From an uncultured cyanobacterium (GTDB taxonomy: Bacteria > Cyanobacteriota > Cyanobacteriia > PCC-9006 > JAAUQQ01), in contig OY970368.1 of the NCBI GenBank assembly GCA_963718615.1, positions 960,001 through 1,024,000 of the forward strand: a stretch of DNA of 64,000 nt, given 5' to 3'. The notes beneath the pieces are model-generated. The model ran no database searches. It was given only the letters and a program-made list of their open reading frames with translations, and was not told the origin of the DNA. Positions 1 through 9,175 of the stretch are shown piece after piece. Numbering within the stretch: the first letter of the stretch is position 1; every line of letters begins with the position of its first letter. The position numbers and the translations under genes are program-made.

Positions 1-222
1 GAAGTGAGTCAGGCCCGACAGGTAGGGATGTATTTAATGCGCCAGCACACGGATCTGAGCTTGCCTAAAATCGGCGAGGCCTTTGGCGGGAAGGACCACA
101 CCACGGTGATGTATAGCTGTGACAAAATCGCCCAGCTCAAGGACTCAGATAACCAGCTCAACCTTACGATTCGTCAGCTCAACGACAAGCTGTACATGAA
201 TAGTAAGGTTCAGAGCCGCTAA
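1..222 (+). CDS. dnaA: Chromosomal replication initiator DnaA, C-terminal domain IV (5' partial)
   Basis: [33 protein letters not shown] signature of the DnaA DNA-binding domain. Confidence 0.95.
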   Translation, partial: EVSQARQVGMYLMRQHTDLSLPKIGEAFGGKDHTTVMYSCDKIAQLKDSDNQLNLTIRQLNDKLYMNSKVQSR

Positions 223-267
223 GGATTGCGATTGACGCAAGCTTGGGATAACCGTGATTAACCGTGA

Positions 268-852
268 TTAACGGGGAATCAGCTCGGTATTGACTTCATT
301 CACCTGACGACGGCGGAGCGTGGCCGATTCTGTGCGCGGTAACAGCTCAAACACCTCTCGGAGAGTATCGTCAATTTTTTCGTAGGACACCTGGCCGACT
401 TCATCCAGGACAATTTTGCCTGCTTGGTCAAACACAACCAGTTGGGGAACCTGACCGCGATAGTAGGAGCGCTCATCGGTTTTGGGATAATCCGTGTTGA
501 GCACGGTATCGGCGCTGATAGGAATGAAATCCGCTGCTCGGCCATAGCCTGCTTGCAGCTGGGAATAGGTCGAGGCAAATTGCTTACAGTCGCGGCTGTC
601 ATCTAGATAAAACAGCAACAGTGCAGGCTTTTTCTGGGCAAAGGATGTCGCTAGGTCAACCCGTGGGGGAACAAGAGAGCCATTGCTAGCGTAGAGGGCA
701 AAAATATTGCCATCAAAGCGATCGTCTTGCAAACTGGCCCACGCGGGAACGGGGCTCCAGGTGCTCAGAACAATCAGACCGACGACGACAAGGGAGCAAA
801 CAGCCAGGGTCCAGTGCAAGCAACGACGAAACCAAGTACGCAGCATGGTCAA
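268..852 (-). CDS. Thioredoxin-like thylakoid protein (photosystem I accumulation factor family)
   Basis: N-terminal TM/signal, DDRFDGNIFALYASNGSLVPP, FYLDDSRDCK thioredoxin-like motif. Confidence 0.7.
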   Translation of the reverse strand: MTMLRTWFRRCLHWTLAVCSLVVVGLIVLSTWSPVPAWASLQDDRFDGNIFALYASNGSLVPPRVDLATSFAQKKPALLLFYLDDSRDCKQFASTYSQLQAGYGRAADFIPISADTVLNTDYPKTDERSYYRGQVPQLVVFDQAGKIVLDEVGQVSYEKIDDTLREVFELLPRTESATLRRRQVNEVNTELIPR

Positions 853-858
853 AGGGAA

Positions 859-3141
859 TTAATCCTGAAGGGTTAAGATGGAATCCTTCCCATTTTGCCC
901 TAGGACTGCGACCAAAGGACGGGGCTCGGCAATGTTATAGCCTTGAGCGTAGTCGACACCGAGCTCACACACCTTGGCAAAAATGGCGTCGCTGGAAACA
1001 AACTCGGTGATGGTTTGGATGCCCATGACGCGGCCAATTTGGCTGATGGCTTCGACCATGGCCTGGGCGACGGGGTCTTCGACAATGTCTTTGACAAAAC
1101 AGCCATCGATTTTGAGGTAGTCAATGGGCAGATTTTTCAGATAGGCCAAGGAGGACATACCGGTACCAAAGTCATCCAGAGAGAACTTACAGCCGAGACG
1201 GCGCAGGTCCTGAATGAATTCGGCAGCTTTTTGGAGATTGGCGATCGCCACCGTTTCCGTCACCTCAAAGCACAAGACCTGGGGCGGAATTTGGTAGCGG
1301 GCAATCTGCTCTCGGACAAAATGAATAAACTGATCGTCGTTGATACTGCTGCCCGAAAGATTAATCGCGTAGACACATTCGCCACCCTCCTGACGACAGC
1401 GTTCCCAGGCTTGGCGGTAGTGCTCGCCCTGGGTCGAAAATAGCGTGGTAATCACCCAACGATCGATCACCGGCATGAGATTGTAGCGTTCTGCCGCTGG
1501 CATAAACGCCGCAGGAGAAATAATCCGCCCCGCTTCGTCCCGTAGGCGGATCAGCACTTCATAATGCTCACTGGCCGGGTGATGGGTTTGCAGAGGGGCG
1601 ATCGTCTGGAAATAAAGACAGAAGCGATTTTCCGTTAGTGCCTGCTGGATGCGCGCAATCCACTGAATTTCCTCACGCTGTTGGGCGATCGCCTGGTCAT
1701 CCCCCTTACAGGCATAAACCCGACCGCGACCCTGGCGCTTGGCGGTGTAGCAAGCTACATCGGCGGTGGAAATCACATCGCCGACGCTGGCCTCATGGCC
1801 CCGAACCGGCGCAATGCCGAGGCTGGCACTGACCGAAAACATTTGTCCTGACCAAAAAAACTTGAGCGATTGGATACTGCGGCACAGATCCTGGGCGATG
1901 GCCAAAGCCCGCTGTCCCGAACATTGATAGAGTAAAATCGCGAACTCATCGCCCCCCAGCCGCGCCACCACATCCGAGCGACGCACCTTTTCCCGCAGGA
2001 GCTGGCCAATCTGACAAAGGAGGCGATCGCCCGCCAAATGGCCACAGCTATCGTTAATTAATTTGAAGCAGTCCAAATCCAGAATGCAAACACTGTGTTC
2101 AAGGTTATTCTCCTTGGCCTGGAGAATGGCGCGCTGCAAATGGCTTTCAAAATTGCTGCGATTGGCCAATTCGGTCAACGGGTCATGACTCACCTGCCAA
2201 CACAATTGCCGCTCCATTTGTCGTGCCTGAGTGACATCTCGAAACGTTAGCACCGCGCCCTGGATCGTGCCTCGGCGATCGCGAATCGGCACCAACGAAT
2301 CATCAATGGCAAATTCATCCCCCATGCGGGAAATTAGCCGCTGGGTTTGGCGATGATCCCCTAGGCGTTCCTGACCTTGTAAGATCTGCTCAAGACCGAG
2401 GTCAATGGTTTTAGCGGTTTCCTCATCAATCGTCAAAAAGACTTCCGACAGGGGGCGATTCTGCGCCTCGATCGATGACCATCCGGTTAACAATTGAGCA
2501 ATGGGGTTAATCGATTGCACCAGTCCCTGGGCATCTAGGGTGATCACGCCTTCCGCCAGGGAATCCAGCGTTGTTTGGGCAAATTCTTTTTCCTGAAGGA
2601 GCTTGGCCTCCATTTGCTTGCGATCGCTAAAATACACCGCAATTTTTTGCACCAGCCAGGTCACCACCCCCACGAGGGAGAGACTAAACACGGCAAAGGT
2701 GACCCAGAGTAAAGTTAGGGTGAGCTTGCGTTGCGCTTCGAGGGGGCGATCGCCAGTTGCAGGAGGAGAGACCAGAGAGTCAGTCACCCAGCCGCTAGCC
2801 AAGCTACTTTCTCGTGGACTTTTCGCCTGCGGGTAAATTTCGATGGAAGCCTGCTCTAGAGCCCGAAAGCTGGTTGAGATTTTCACAGCGCTGACCCCCA
2901 CCACTCCCCCCGTCGCCAACAAGGAGAGCAGAAGCGTCGGAAGAGCCAGTTTACGTCTCAAAACGTCAACAGAATCCTCCTCACGGAGAACGATCGTGTC
3001 TCGAAAACGTGCTAGGTAATGCCTCAAGTCCATGGATTGGTACAGACCCTGCTGAGCAAAAACCGAGTCAAATGCCAACAGTGACTTGCCTTGCGCAGGC
3101 ATTCCTTCAACCTTGACTCGGAATAATCCCAGTAAGCCCAA
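859..3141 (-). CDS. Membrane-bound PAS-GGDEF-EAL diguanylate cyclase/phosphodiesterase (start uncertain)
   Basis: Two TM segments, PAS, RLGGDEF, YEVLIR, LDDFGTG motifs. Confidence 0.92.
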   Translation of the reverse strand: MGLLGLFRVKVEGMPAQGKSLLAFDSVFAQQGLYQSMDLRHYLARFRDTIVLREEDSVDVLRRKLALPTLLLSLLATGGVVGVSAVKISTSFRALEQASIEIYPQAKSPRESSLASGWVTDSLVSPPATGDRPLEAQRKLTLTLLWVTFAVFSLSLVGVVTWLVQKIAVYFSDRKQMEAKLLQEKEFAQTTLDSLAEGVITLDAQGLVQSINPIAQLLTGWSSIEAQNRPLSEVFLTIDEETAKTIDLGLEQILQGQERLGDHRQTQRLISRMGDEFAIDDSLVPIRDRRGTIQGAVLTFRDVTQARQMERQLCWQVSHDPLTELANRSNFESHLQRAILQAKENNLEHSVCILDLDCFKLINDSCGHLAGDRLLCQIGQLLREKVRRSDVVARLGGDEFAILLYQCSGQRALAIAQDLCRSIQSLKFFWSGQMFSVSASLGIAPVRGHEASVGDVISTADVACYTAKRQGRGRVYACKGDDQAIAQQREEIQWIARIQQALTENRFCLYFQTIAPLQTHHPASEHYEVLIRLRDEAGRIISPAAFMPAAERYNLMPVIDRWVITTLFSTQGEHYRQAWERCRQEGGECVYAINLSGSSINDDQFIHFVREQIARYQIPPQVLCFEVTETVAIANLQKAAEFIQDLRRLGCKFSLDDFGTGMSSLAYLKNLPIDYLKIDGCFVKDIVEDPVAQAMVEAISQIGRVMGIQTITEFVSSDAIFAKVCELGVDYAQGYNIAEPRPLVAVLGQNGKDSILTLQD

Positions 3142-3267
3142 AGCTATCCCATCAATTTCACAGGGAATTTACGGAAGTCCCTGGTCGGCAAGTCCTCTAG
3201 ATGGGGTTTTCCCACCAGCCCACTCGCCCGGTTCGCCGCTGATGGACGGGGGGTTCCCTAGCTTTCC

Positions 3268-3468
3268 CTAGCGGTCTCCCTGGCTGGGCGGTTCCAGGCC
3301 CCACTCATGCCTCAGTACTTCCCGATACAGGCTTTCCCGCACCATCATTTGCTCGTACAGTTCCAGCAAAAAGTCCTGCGCCTGCATCAAGTCCATCTGA
3401 GAAACCTGAGTTTTGAACGCATGCAGACTAAACTGCTGTTCCATCGAAAGCGATTTAGATTGATCCAT
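3268..3468 (-). CDS. nblA: Phycobilisome degradation protein NblA
   Basis: LSMEQQFSL...QAQDFLLELYEQMMVRESLYR, 66 aa. Confidence 0.9.
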   Translation of the reverse strand: MDQSKSLSMEQQFSLHAFKTQVSQMDLMQAQDFLLELYEQMMVRESLYREVLRHEWGLEPPSQGDR

Positions 3469-3531
3469 GGCAACCTCCCGTTACGGATCGATAACCTTAT
3501 GTGGATCCTGTTGCAGACTTCGATAAAAATC

Positions 3532-3547
3532 TGTACGGGATCATACA
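3532..3547 (-). promoter_or_regulatory. NtcA binding site upstream of nblA
   Basis: TGTA-cgggatca-TACA (GTA-N8-TAC); a -10-like CAGGAT lies 22 nt downstream on the minus strand. Confidence 0.8.
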
Positions 3548-3649
3548 AAGATTTATTAACAAAATGGAAACAGCCGCCCATTTTCTGATCTGCGGGCGAT
3601 TGTTCCCAGTGTATTCAAAAAAATGGATCGTTGCCTGGATTAACTTGAT

Positions 3650-4699
3650 TTACTCGTCGGGTAGGACTTTGAAGCGAATCGTACGTCCAGCGGCTAAATC
3701 CCCCAGGGGTAGCGAGAGCTGATCCCCAGAAATCTGGCCGAGGGCATCTAGCATTTGGCGCAGATGCGGTGTACTGGCTCCGCTTTCGAGATAGAGCCGT
3801 TCGCTCAGGTTGCCGAGCCGTTTCCAACTGGTGTAGAGCTTGGTCATGGCCTGCTCCACCTGGGAGGCTTGATTAACCAGGTCTGCTGCTAGGTTGAGGC
3901 AATCTAGGCGCAAGGCTTCTTCCAGGGCCTGTTCAATGTCCATGGTTCCTTGATTAATGGTTTGGACCTGGGCCGATGCCTCTAGATAGCGGGAGAGATA
4001 GCGGGCCGAAAGCGTCATCTCTTTAATGGTTTCGAGGTCTGGATTTTCGGCAACCTCGGCCTGGATAGCCTCTTGATGGACCTCGGGGAGTTTTTCCATT
4101 TGCTTGACCAGCGGAGCCAAGTAGCGCGATGGCAAGCTATTGTTGGCGGCCTTCTCCCGCACGGGCTCAGGCAACATCTCGGAGGTGACGGCGGTCCATT
4201 CGTCGGTCACCTGCTTGACCTGCTGGCGGGTGATGCGTTTGCCATCCCGTGCGGCGTCGCTGAGCATCACCTGGACCTCTGGCGGGGCCTGGGCTGTTTC
4301 AATAAAGGCACTTTTGCTAAAGCGGTTGACCGAGTCGCTATCGAGGCTGCCCTGTTCCAAGAGGTGATCGGCGCTGTTGGCCAGTTCAATCAGGTTGTAG
4401 GCGCGGCTTTTGGTGATTTCCCGGTCCTTCAGCCAGTTTAAAAACCCGGCTCCACGGGTGTCGCCGCCGTAGCGTTCGCGATCGCGCACCACCCGCAAAA
4501 TTCGCCCCCGCCAGATTTCCGTTTGCAGATCAAAGCGATCGCACACCTGCCAAGCCTGTTCGACCCTGGTATTAAAGTCATGGGGCGAGATTGCGTCATC
4601 CTCAGGATCCGGCAATGCAAAGCTTAACTCCAGGTCGGCAGCTAGGGTTGCGAGCTGGTCCTGGGCCAGGGGATCCGAAGAGAGCGGCGCAGCAACCAT
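3650..4699 (-). CDS. Conserved cyanobacterial hypothetical protein
   Basis: 349-aa ORF with motifs typical of a cyanobacterial family (WQVCDRFDLQTEIWRGRILR, GFLNWLK). Confidence 0.7.
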   Translation of the reverse strand: MVAAPLSSDPLAQDQLATLAADLELSFALPDPEDDAISPHDFNTRVEQAWQVCDRFDLQTEIWRGRILRVVRDRERYGGDTRGAGFLNWLKDREITKSRAYNLIELANSADHLLEQGSLDSDSVNRFSKSAFIETAQAPPEVQVMLSDAARDGKRITRQQVKQVTDEWTAVTSEMLPEPVREKAANNSLPSRYLAPLVKQMEKLPEVHQEAIQAEVAENPDLETIKEMTLSARYLSRYLEASAQVQTINQGTMDIEQALEEALRLDCLNLAADLVNQASQVEQAMTKLYTSWKRLGNLSERLYLESGASTPHLRQMLDALGQISGDQLSLPLGDLAAGRTIRFKVLPDE

Positions 4700-4769
4700 A
4701 GCGAAAACGTCCTTAGGGAAATCGATGCCGGTTTATTATCACACGCTAAGGGAGTGCTTCAGTGGGGGG

Positions 4770-5252
4770 CTAGAGGGCAGAACGGATCAAGTGAACCAGT
4801 CCGAGAATAACCGCGCTGGCGATCGCCACCGACATCGCCAACAGCAGTCCGAGGGCGACAAACACCAACCCAACCACCCACCGATCCGCAGCAGCATGCT
4901 GAGCGGGCTGGGCCAAATGGTCTTCTAGTAGGGCAACATTGCGGGCATTGGCTTTCCAGCCCACATCAAACAGATCGCCCAAGAGCGGCACCGTTCCCAG
5001 CAACCAGTCAACGCCGAGGTTGAGCACCATCCGAATCAAGGTCTCAGCGGGCAGCTTCCAGCGTGTCGCTTGAACAACGATGTAAGCAGAAAAGACAATC
5101 CCGGCTACATCCCCCATGCCGGGAATCAAGCCCAAAAACGGGTCAAGTCCCACGCGGTAGGAAGTACCGGGAATAGCGACGGCATTGTCTAAGAGCCGAC
5201 TCAGGGTCTGAAGTTGCTTGAGGGTTTGGGACCGAGACTCAGTGGAAAGCAT
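4770..5252 (-). CDS. DUF4112 family membrane protein
   Basis: LLDNAVAIPGT...GLDPFLGLIPGMGD...VPLLGDLFDVGWKANARN. Confidence 0.85.
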   Translation of the reverse strand: MLSTESRSQTLKQLQTLSRLLDNAVAIPGTSYRVGLDPFLGLIPGMGDVAGIVFSAYIVVQATRWKLPAETLIRMVLNLGVDWLLGTVPLLGDLFDVGWKANARNVALLEDHLAQPAQHAAADRWVVGLVFVALGLLLAMSVAIASAVILGLVHLIRSAL

Positions 5253-5377
5253 GGGAAACAGCGATTCAGAAAACTATCATTCAGACAATTATCTTGCTGA
5301 TCACAGTGTTTCGAACATAAGTGTTTCGAACATCAAGGTTCAACCCAAAACCCTCAGGCTCCTGAAGCAAACCTGGT

Positions 5378-5671
5378 TTAAAAATCTGCGGCAAACTCAG
5401 CGATCGAGCGAGGGTAGGCCATCTCCTCCAACGCCATCGCTTGCGCCATGTATCCCATGGAATTGTTCACCAAAAAATAGACCAACAGAAGTGCCGCTGC
5501 CGCTGAGACCACTAGGAATCCAGCAAGCATCAGCGAAAATTCACGTTGGGTAAGAGCGGACTGCATGAGGTGCAGAGCCCAGGCCACGAGGCCAACCGTT
5601 GCTGCCAATAAAATAACCATGGGAGAGATAAGGCCAAAAATGAGCCTGTCTTTAAGTATTGTAACAGCCAT
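5378..5671 (-). CDS. Small hypothetical membrane protein
   Basis: 97-aa ORF with two hydrophobic helices. Confidence 0.55.
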   Translation of the reverse strand: MAVTILKDRLIFGLISPMVILLAATVGLVAWALHLMQSALTQREFSLMLAGFLVVSAAAALLLVYFLVNNSMGYMAQAMALEEMAYPRSIAEFAADF

Positions 5672-5745
5672 TTAAAAAATGTGCCGCTAACGCCTCCTAA
5701 GTCCTCTCCCTTGTCAAGGGGGTGATATAGGGGAAGGACGCTAGC

Positions 5746-6516
5746 CTACAGCGGACGGACGGGAACGTGATGGGCTTGGAGATGGTCCTTAATTTCAGCG
5801 ACTGAAAGCTGGCCATAGTGCAACAGAGAAGCTAAAAGTGCAGCCTCAGCATGCCCCTCGGTTAAGGCTTCGCGAATGTGCTCACAGGTACCAGCCCCCC
5901 CGGAAGCAATGACAGGGACTTCAACCCGTTGGGCGATCGCCCGCGTCAGCTCCAAGTCATACCCCGCTTGGGTGCCATCCGCATCCATACTCGTGATCAA
6001 CAGTTCACCGGCTCCCCGTCGGGTCACATCCTCAGCCCACTGCACCGCATCCAAACCCGTATTTTCTCGGCCTCCTCTCACAAACACATCCCAGCCTGGA
6101 TTGCTTTGATCCGATCGACGGCGAGCATCGATTGCCACCACAATACACTGACGACCAAAGCGATCGCTGGCCCGATCAATCAGGCTTGGATCCCGCACAG
6201 CAGCGGAGTTCAGACTTATTTTGTCCGCTCCGGCACGTAACAAATTCTTAATCATTTCTAAGTTTTGAATCCCGCCCCCCACGGTCAGAGGAATAAACAC
6301 CTGCTCCGCCGTGCGGTAAACCACATCAAAAATAATGTCCCGTTCCTCGTGGGTCGCCGTAATGTCCAAAAAGACCAATTCATCGGCCCCAGCCTCGTTA
6401 TAGATCTGGGCCAGCTCGACCGGATCACCGGCATCCTTGAGGTCGACAAAGTTAACCCCCTTGACCACGCGCCCAGCTTTAACATCCAAACAGGGCAGAA
6501 TTCGTTTTGCTAGCAT
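5746..6516 (-). CDS. hisF: Imidazole glycerol phosphate synthase cyclase subunit
   Basis: [23 protein letters not shown]; start placed at MLAKR. Confidence 0.97.
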   Translation of the reverse strand: MLAKRILPCLDVKAGRVVKGVNFVDLKDAGDPVELAQIYNEAGADELVFLDITATHEERDIIFDVVYRTAEQVFIPLTVGGGIQNLEMIKNLLRAGADKISLNSAAVRDPSLIDRASDRFGRQCIVVAIDARRRSDQSNPGWDVFVRGGRENTGLDAVQWAEDVTRRGAGELLITSMDADGTQAGYDLELTRAIAQRVEVPVIASGGAGTCEHIREALTEGHAEAALLASLLHYGQLSVAEIKDHLQAHHVPVRPL

Positions 6517-6759
6517 GAGTCTTCCTGCTTCTCCAATGTCCTGTTTCAAGTCCTGTACAGGTTCATTGCTGAACCACAACCATCGTTCTGAACGATTCTG
6601 AATAATGCCGAATTGCCCTGGGAACCGAACTCAGGGCTAAATTCTCTGCCCTGCCATTTTTGCACTTTGCGATCGCCCGAGGGGCTGAAAGGACTGATAG
6701 ACTGTGGACTGGCTTCAAACCTGTTAAGTTATTTTGAGTGCTTTTAAGAGAGGGCTTGG

Positions 6760-6960
6760 ATGAATATTGGGCAAAAGGTTAGAGTGCAGCGGATTCGCGA
6801 TCGCATTCCCGCCAGCGTTGTCGCGCAAATTAAAAAAAATCCCGTGGGCACCGTCCAGGGCTACCGCGTGGTCGATGGCAAGGGCATTGGTTATGTTGTT
6901 AAATTTAGCGATGCCTTTAGTACCTGGTTTTTTGAAGACGAAATTAAAGCAGAGGGCTAA
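6760..6960 (+). CDS. petP: DUF2862 / cytochrome b6f subunit PetP-like SH3 protein
   Basis: IGQKVRVQRIRDR...VDGKGIG...TWFFEDE. Confidence 0.75.
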   Translation: MNIGQKVRVQRIRDRIPASVVAQIKKNPVGTVQGYRVVDGKGIGYVVKFSDAFSTWFFEDEIKAEG

Positions 6961-7008
6961 TTGTCCTCCCCCTAATTCAACCCACTCCCATTGACCCCCA
7001 GAGAAGAC

Positions 7009-8100
7009 ATGGCACTGATTCTGACATATCTAGGTAAGGGCGGCACAGGGCGGACCACCGTCGCAGTGGCAGCGGCCAAGAAACTTGCGGCCCAAGGAAA
7101 ACGGGTGCTTCTGGCTTCTGCCGAAGCGGGTCCGGCCTTGGGTCTTTTATTGGGTCAAACCCTTGGGATAGACCCGTTGGTTTTGGAACCGAGCCTCTCA
7201 GTGGTGCAGTTACAGGCCACGGCTTTGGTGCAGCGCGGTTGGGAAGTGCTCAAGCAAAAAGAGGCCCAGTACCTGCGCAGTCCCTTTTTCAAAAATGTCT
7301 ATGGCGAAGAATTAGGAATTTTGCCGGGAATGGATTCGGCGCTGACCCTGAATGCGGTGCGGGACTACGCCCAGAGCGGTCTCTATGACGTGATTGTTTA
7401 CGACGGGGATTCCAGTTTAGAAACCCTGCGCACCTTCGGGTCCCTGGAAGTGACGAGTTGGTATGTGCGGCGGTTTAAGCAGGTGATTCTAGAGTCGGAC
7501 ATTGGCAAGTCGCTGATGCCATTTATTCAGCCGATCTCGGCCACAGTGCTGCAAAACGCCTGGAGCGGAGGCGATATGAATGGGCCGATGCAAGAGGCGG
7601 AAAATTTATTAGAAGAGGGGCGTCAGGCGATTAACGATCCGGCGCGGATGATGACGTTTTTGGTGACGACGGGGGATGAGTTGGCGATCGCCACCGCCCG
7701 TCATTTTTGGGGAAGTGCCCAGCAGGTGGGCTTAACCGTCGGCGGCGTCCTGGTCACCCAAGGGGCAAATCCGGCGACCTTGGCCAGTCAATTTACCCCA
7801 TTACCCCTGCATGCCTTACCAAGCTACACCGGCGATTGGCAACCCCTGATGGACGCCCTGCCCAGTCCTTCTGAGGGGCTGGGTGCGCCGGAGCCGCTAG
7901 AAATCGATGTTCAAGCGGGGCAGGTACGGGTCTTTTTACCGGGCTTTGACAAAAAACAAGTCAAGCTGACCCAATACAACCAGGAAGTCACCATTGACGC
8001 GGGCGACCAGCGGCGTAATATTTTGCTGCCGCCGGAGTTACGGGGGCGATCGGTCACCGGAGCAAAATTTCAGGACAGTTATCTGGTGATCTCGTTTTAG
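7009..8100 (+). CDS. ArsA/Get3-family ATPase with C-terminal HSP20-like domain
   Basis: LGKGGTGRTT deviant Walker A, LPGMDSAL, C-terminal FLPGFDK...AGDQRRNI. Confidence 0.88.
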   Translation: MALILTYLGKGGTGRTTVAVAAAKKLAAQGKRVLLASAEAGPALGLLLGQTLGIDPLVLEPSLSVVQLQATALVQRGWEVLKQKEAQYLRSPFFKNVYGEELGILPGMDSALTLNAVRDYAQSGLYDVIVYDGDSSLETLRTFGSLEVTSWYVRRFKQVILESDIGKSLMPFIQPISATVLQNAWSGGDMNGPMQEAENLLEEGRQAINDPARMMTFLVTTGDELAIATARHFWGSAQQVGLTVGGVLVTQGANPATLASQFTPLPLHALPSYTGDWQPLMDALPSPSEGLGAPEPLEIDVQAGQVRVFLPGFDKKQVKLTQYNQEVTIDAGDQRRNILLPPELRGRSVTGAKFQDSYLVISF

Positions 8101-8112
8101 GAGAAAAACATT

Positions 8113-9120
8113 ATGACGGAATCAACCCCAGTACCCCAGCCTACGCCTGAGACCGCCCCAGCGGAGACCGCCAGTGGCTCTAAAGCCCGACAAATGCTGG
8201 GTATGAAAGGTGCCCAGGCGGGCGAGACGTCCCTTTGGAAAATCCGGCTCCAGCTGATGAAGCCGATTACCTGGATTCCCCTGATTTGGGGGGTGGTCTG
8301 CGGAGCGGCGGCCTCGGGAAATTATGTTTGGACCCTCGATGATGTGCTGTTGTCTGCGGCCTGCATGCTGATGGCCGGACCGATGCTGACGGGCTACACC
8401 CAGACCCTGAATGACTATTGCGATCGCGAAATCGACGCCATCAACGAACCCTACCGCCCCATTCCCTCGGGAGCCATTCCCCTCAACCAGGTAAAGGTCC
8501 AGATTGGGATTTTGCTCATGGGGGGATTGGCGATCGCCTTCGGCCTCGATCGAGCCGTGGGCCACAGCTTCCCCACCATGACTGCCCTAACGCTGTTTGG
8601 GATCTTCGTCGCCTATATCTACTCCGCCCCCCCGCTGAAGCTCAAGCAAAACGGCTGGGCTGGCAACTACGCCCTCGGGGCCAGCTACATCGCCTTGCCC
8701 TGGTGGGCCGGTCAAGCGCTGTTTGGCGAGCTCAACTGGAAAATCATGGTGATTACGTTGGTGTATAGCTTGGCTGGACTGGGCATCGCCGTGGTCAATG
8801 ATTTTAAGAGCGTCGAGGGCGATCGCCAACTCGGCCTCCAATCCCTCCCCGTCATGTTTGGTATCGACAAAGCCGCCTGGATCTGCGTCGCCATGATAGA
8901 CCTCTTCCAGCTTGGCATTGCCGCCTATTTAATCGCCATTCATCAAAATCTTTACGCCGTCTTGCTGATTCTCTTGGTTATTCCGCAAATCACCTTTCAG
9001 GATATGTACTTTCTGCGGGATCCCTTGAATAATGATGTCAAATATCAGGCTAGCGCCCAGCCATTTTTGGTTCTCGGGATGTTAGTCACGGCTTTAGCTC
9101 TGGGTCATGCTGTGATTTAA
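8113..9120 (+). CDS. chlG: Chlorophyll synthase
   Basis: IRLQLMKPITWIPLIWG, DREIDAINEPYRPIPSG, NDFKSVEGDR. Confidence 0.97.
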   Translation: MTESTPVPQPTPETAPAETASGSKARQMLGMKGAQAGETSLWKIRLQLMKPITWIPLIWGVVCGAAASGNYVWTLDDVLLSAACMLMAGPMLTGYTQTLNDYCDREIDAINEPYRPIPSGAIPLNQVKVQIGILLMGGLAIAFGLDRAVGHSFPTMTALTLFGIFVAYIYSAPPLKLKQNGWAGNYALGASYIALPWWAGQALFGELNWKIMVITLVYSLAGLGIAVVNDFKSVEGDRQLGLQSLPVMFGIDKAAWICVAMIDLFQLGIAAYLIAIHQNLYAVLLILLVIPQITFQDMYFLRDPLNNDVKYQASAQPFLVLGMLVTALALGHAVI

Positions 9121-9175
9121 TCAGTTAGATCTAGATCCAGTCGTACAAATCCAATCGTTTTGCCAGAGGGCTCAG

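Noticed and set aside
223-267. oriC downstream of dnaA
   Set aside because: Only 45 bp, one poor DnaA-box-like match, and dnaN does not follow.
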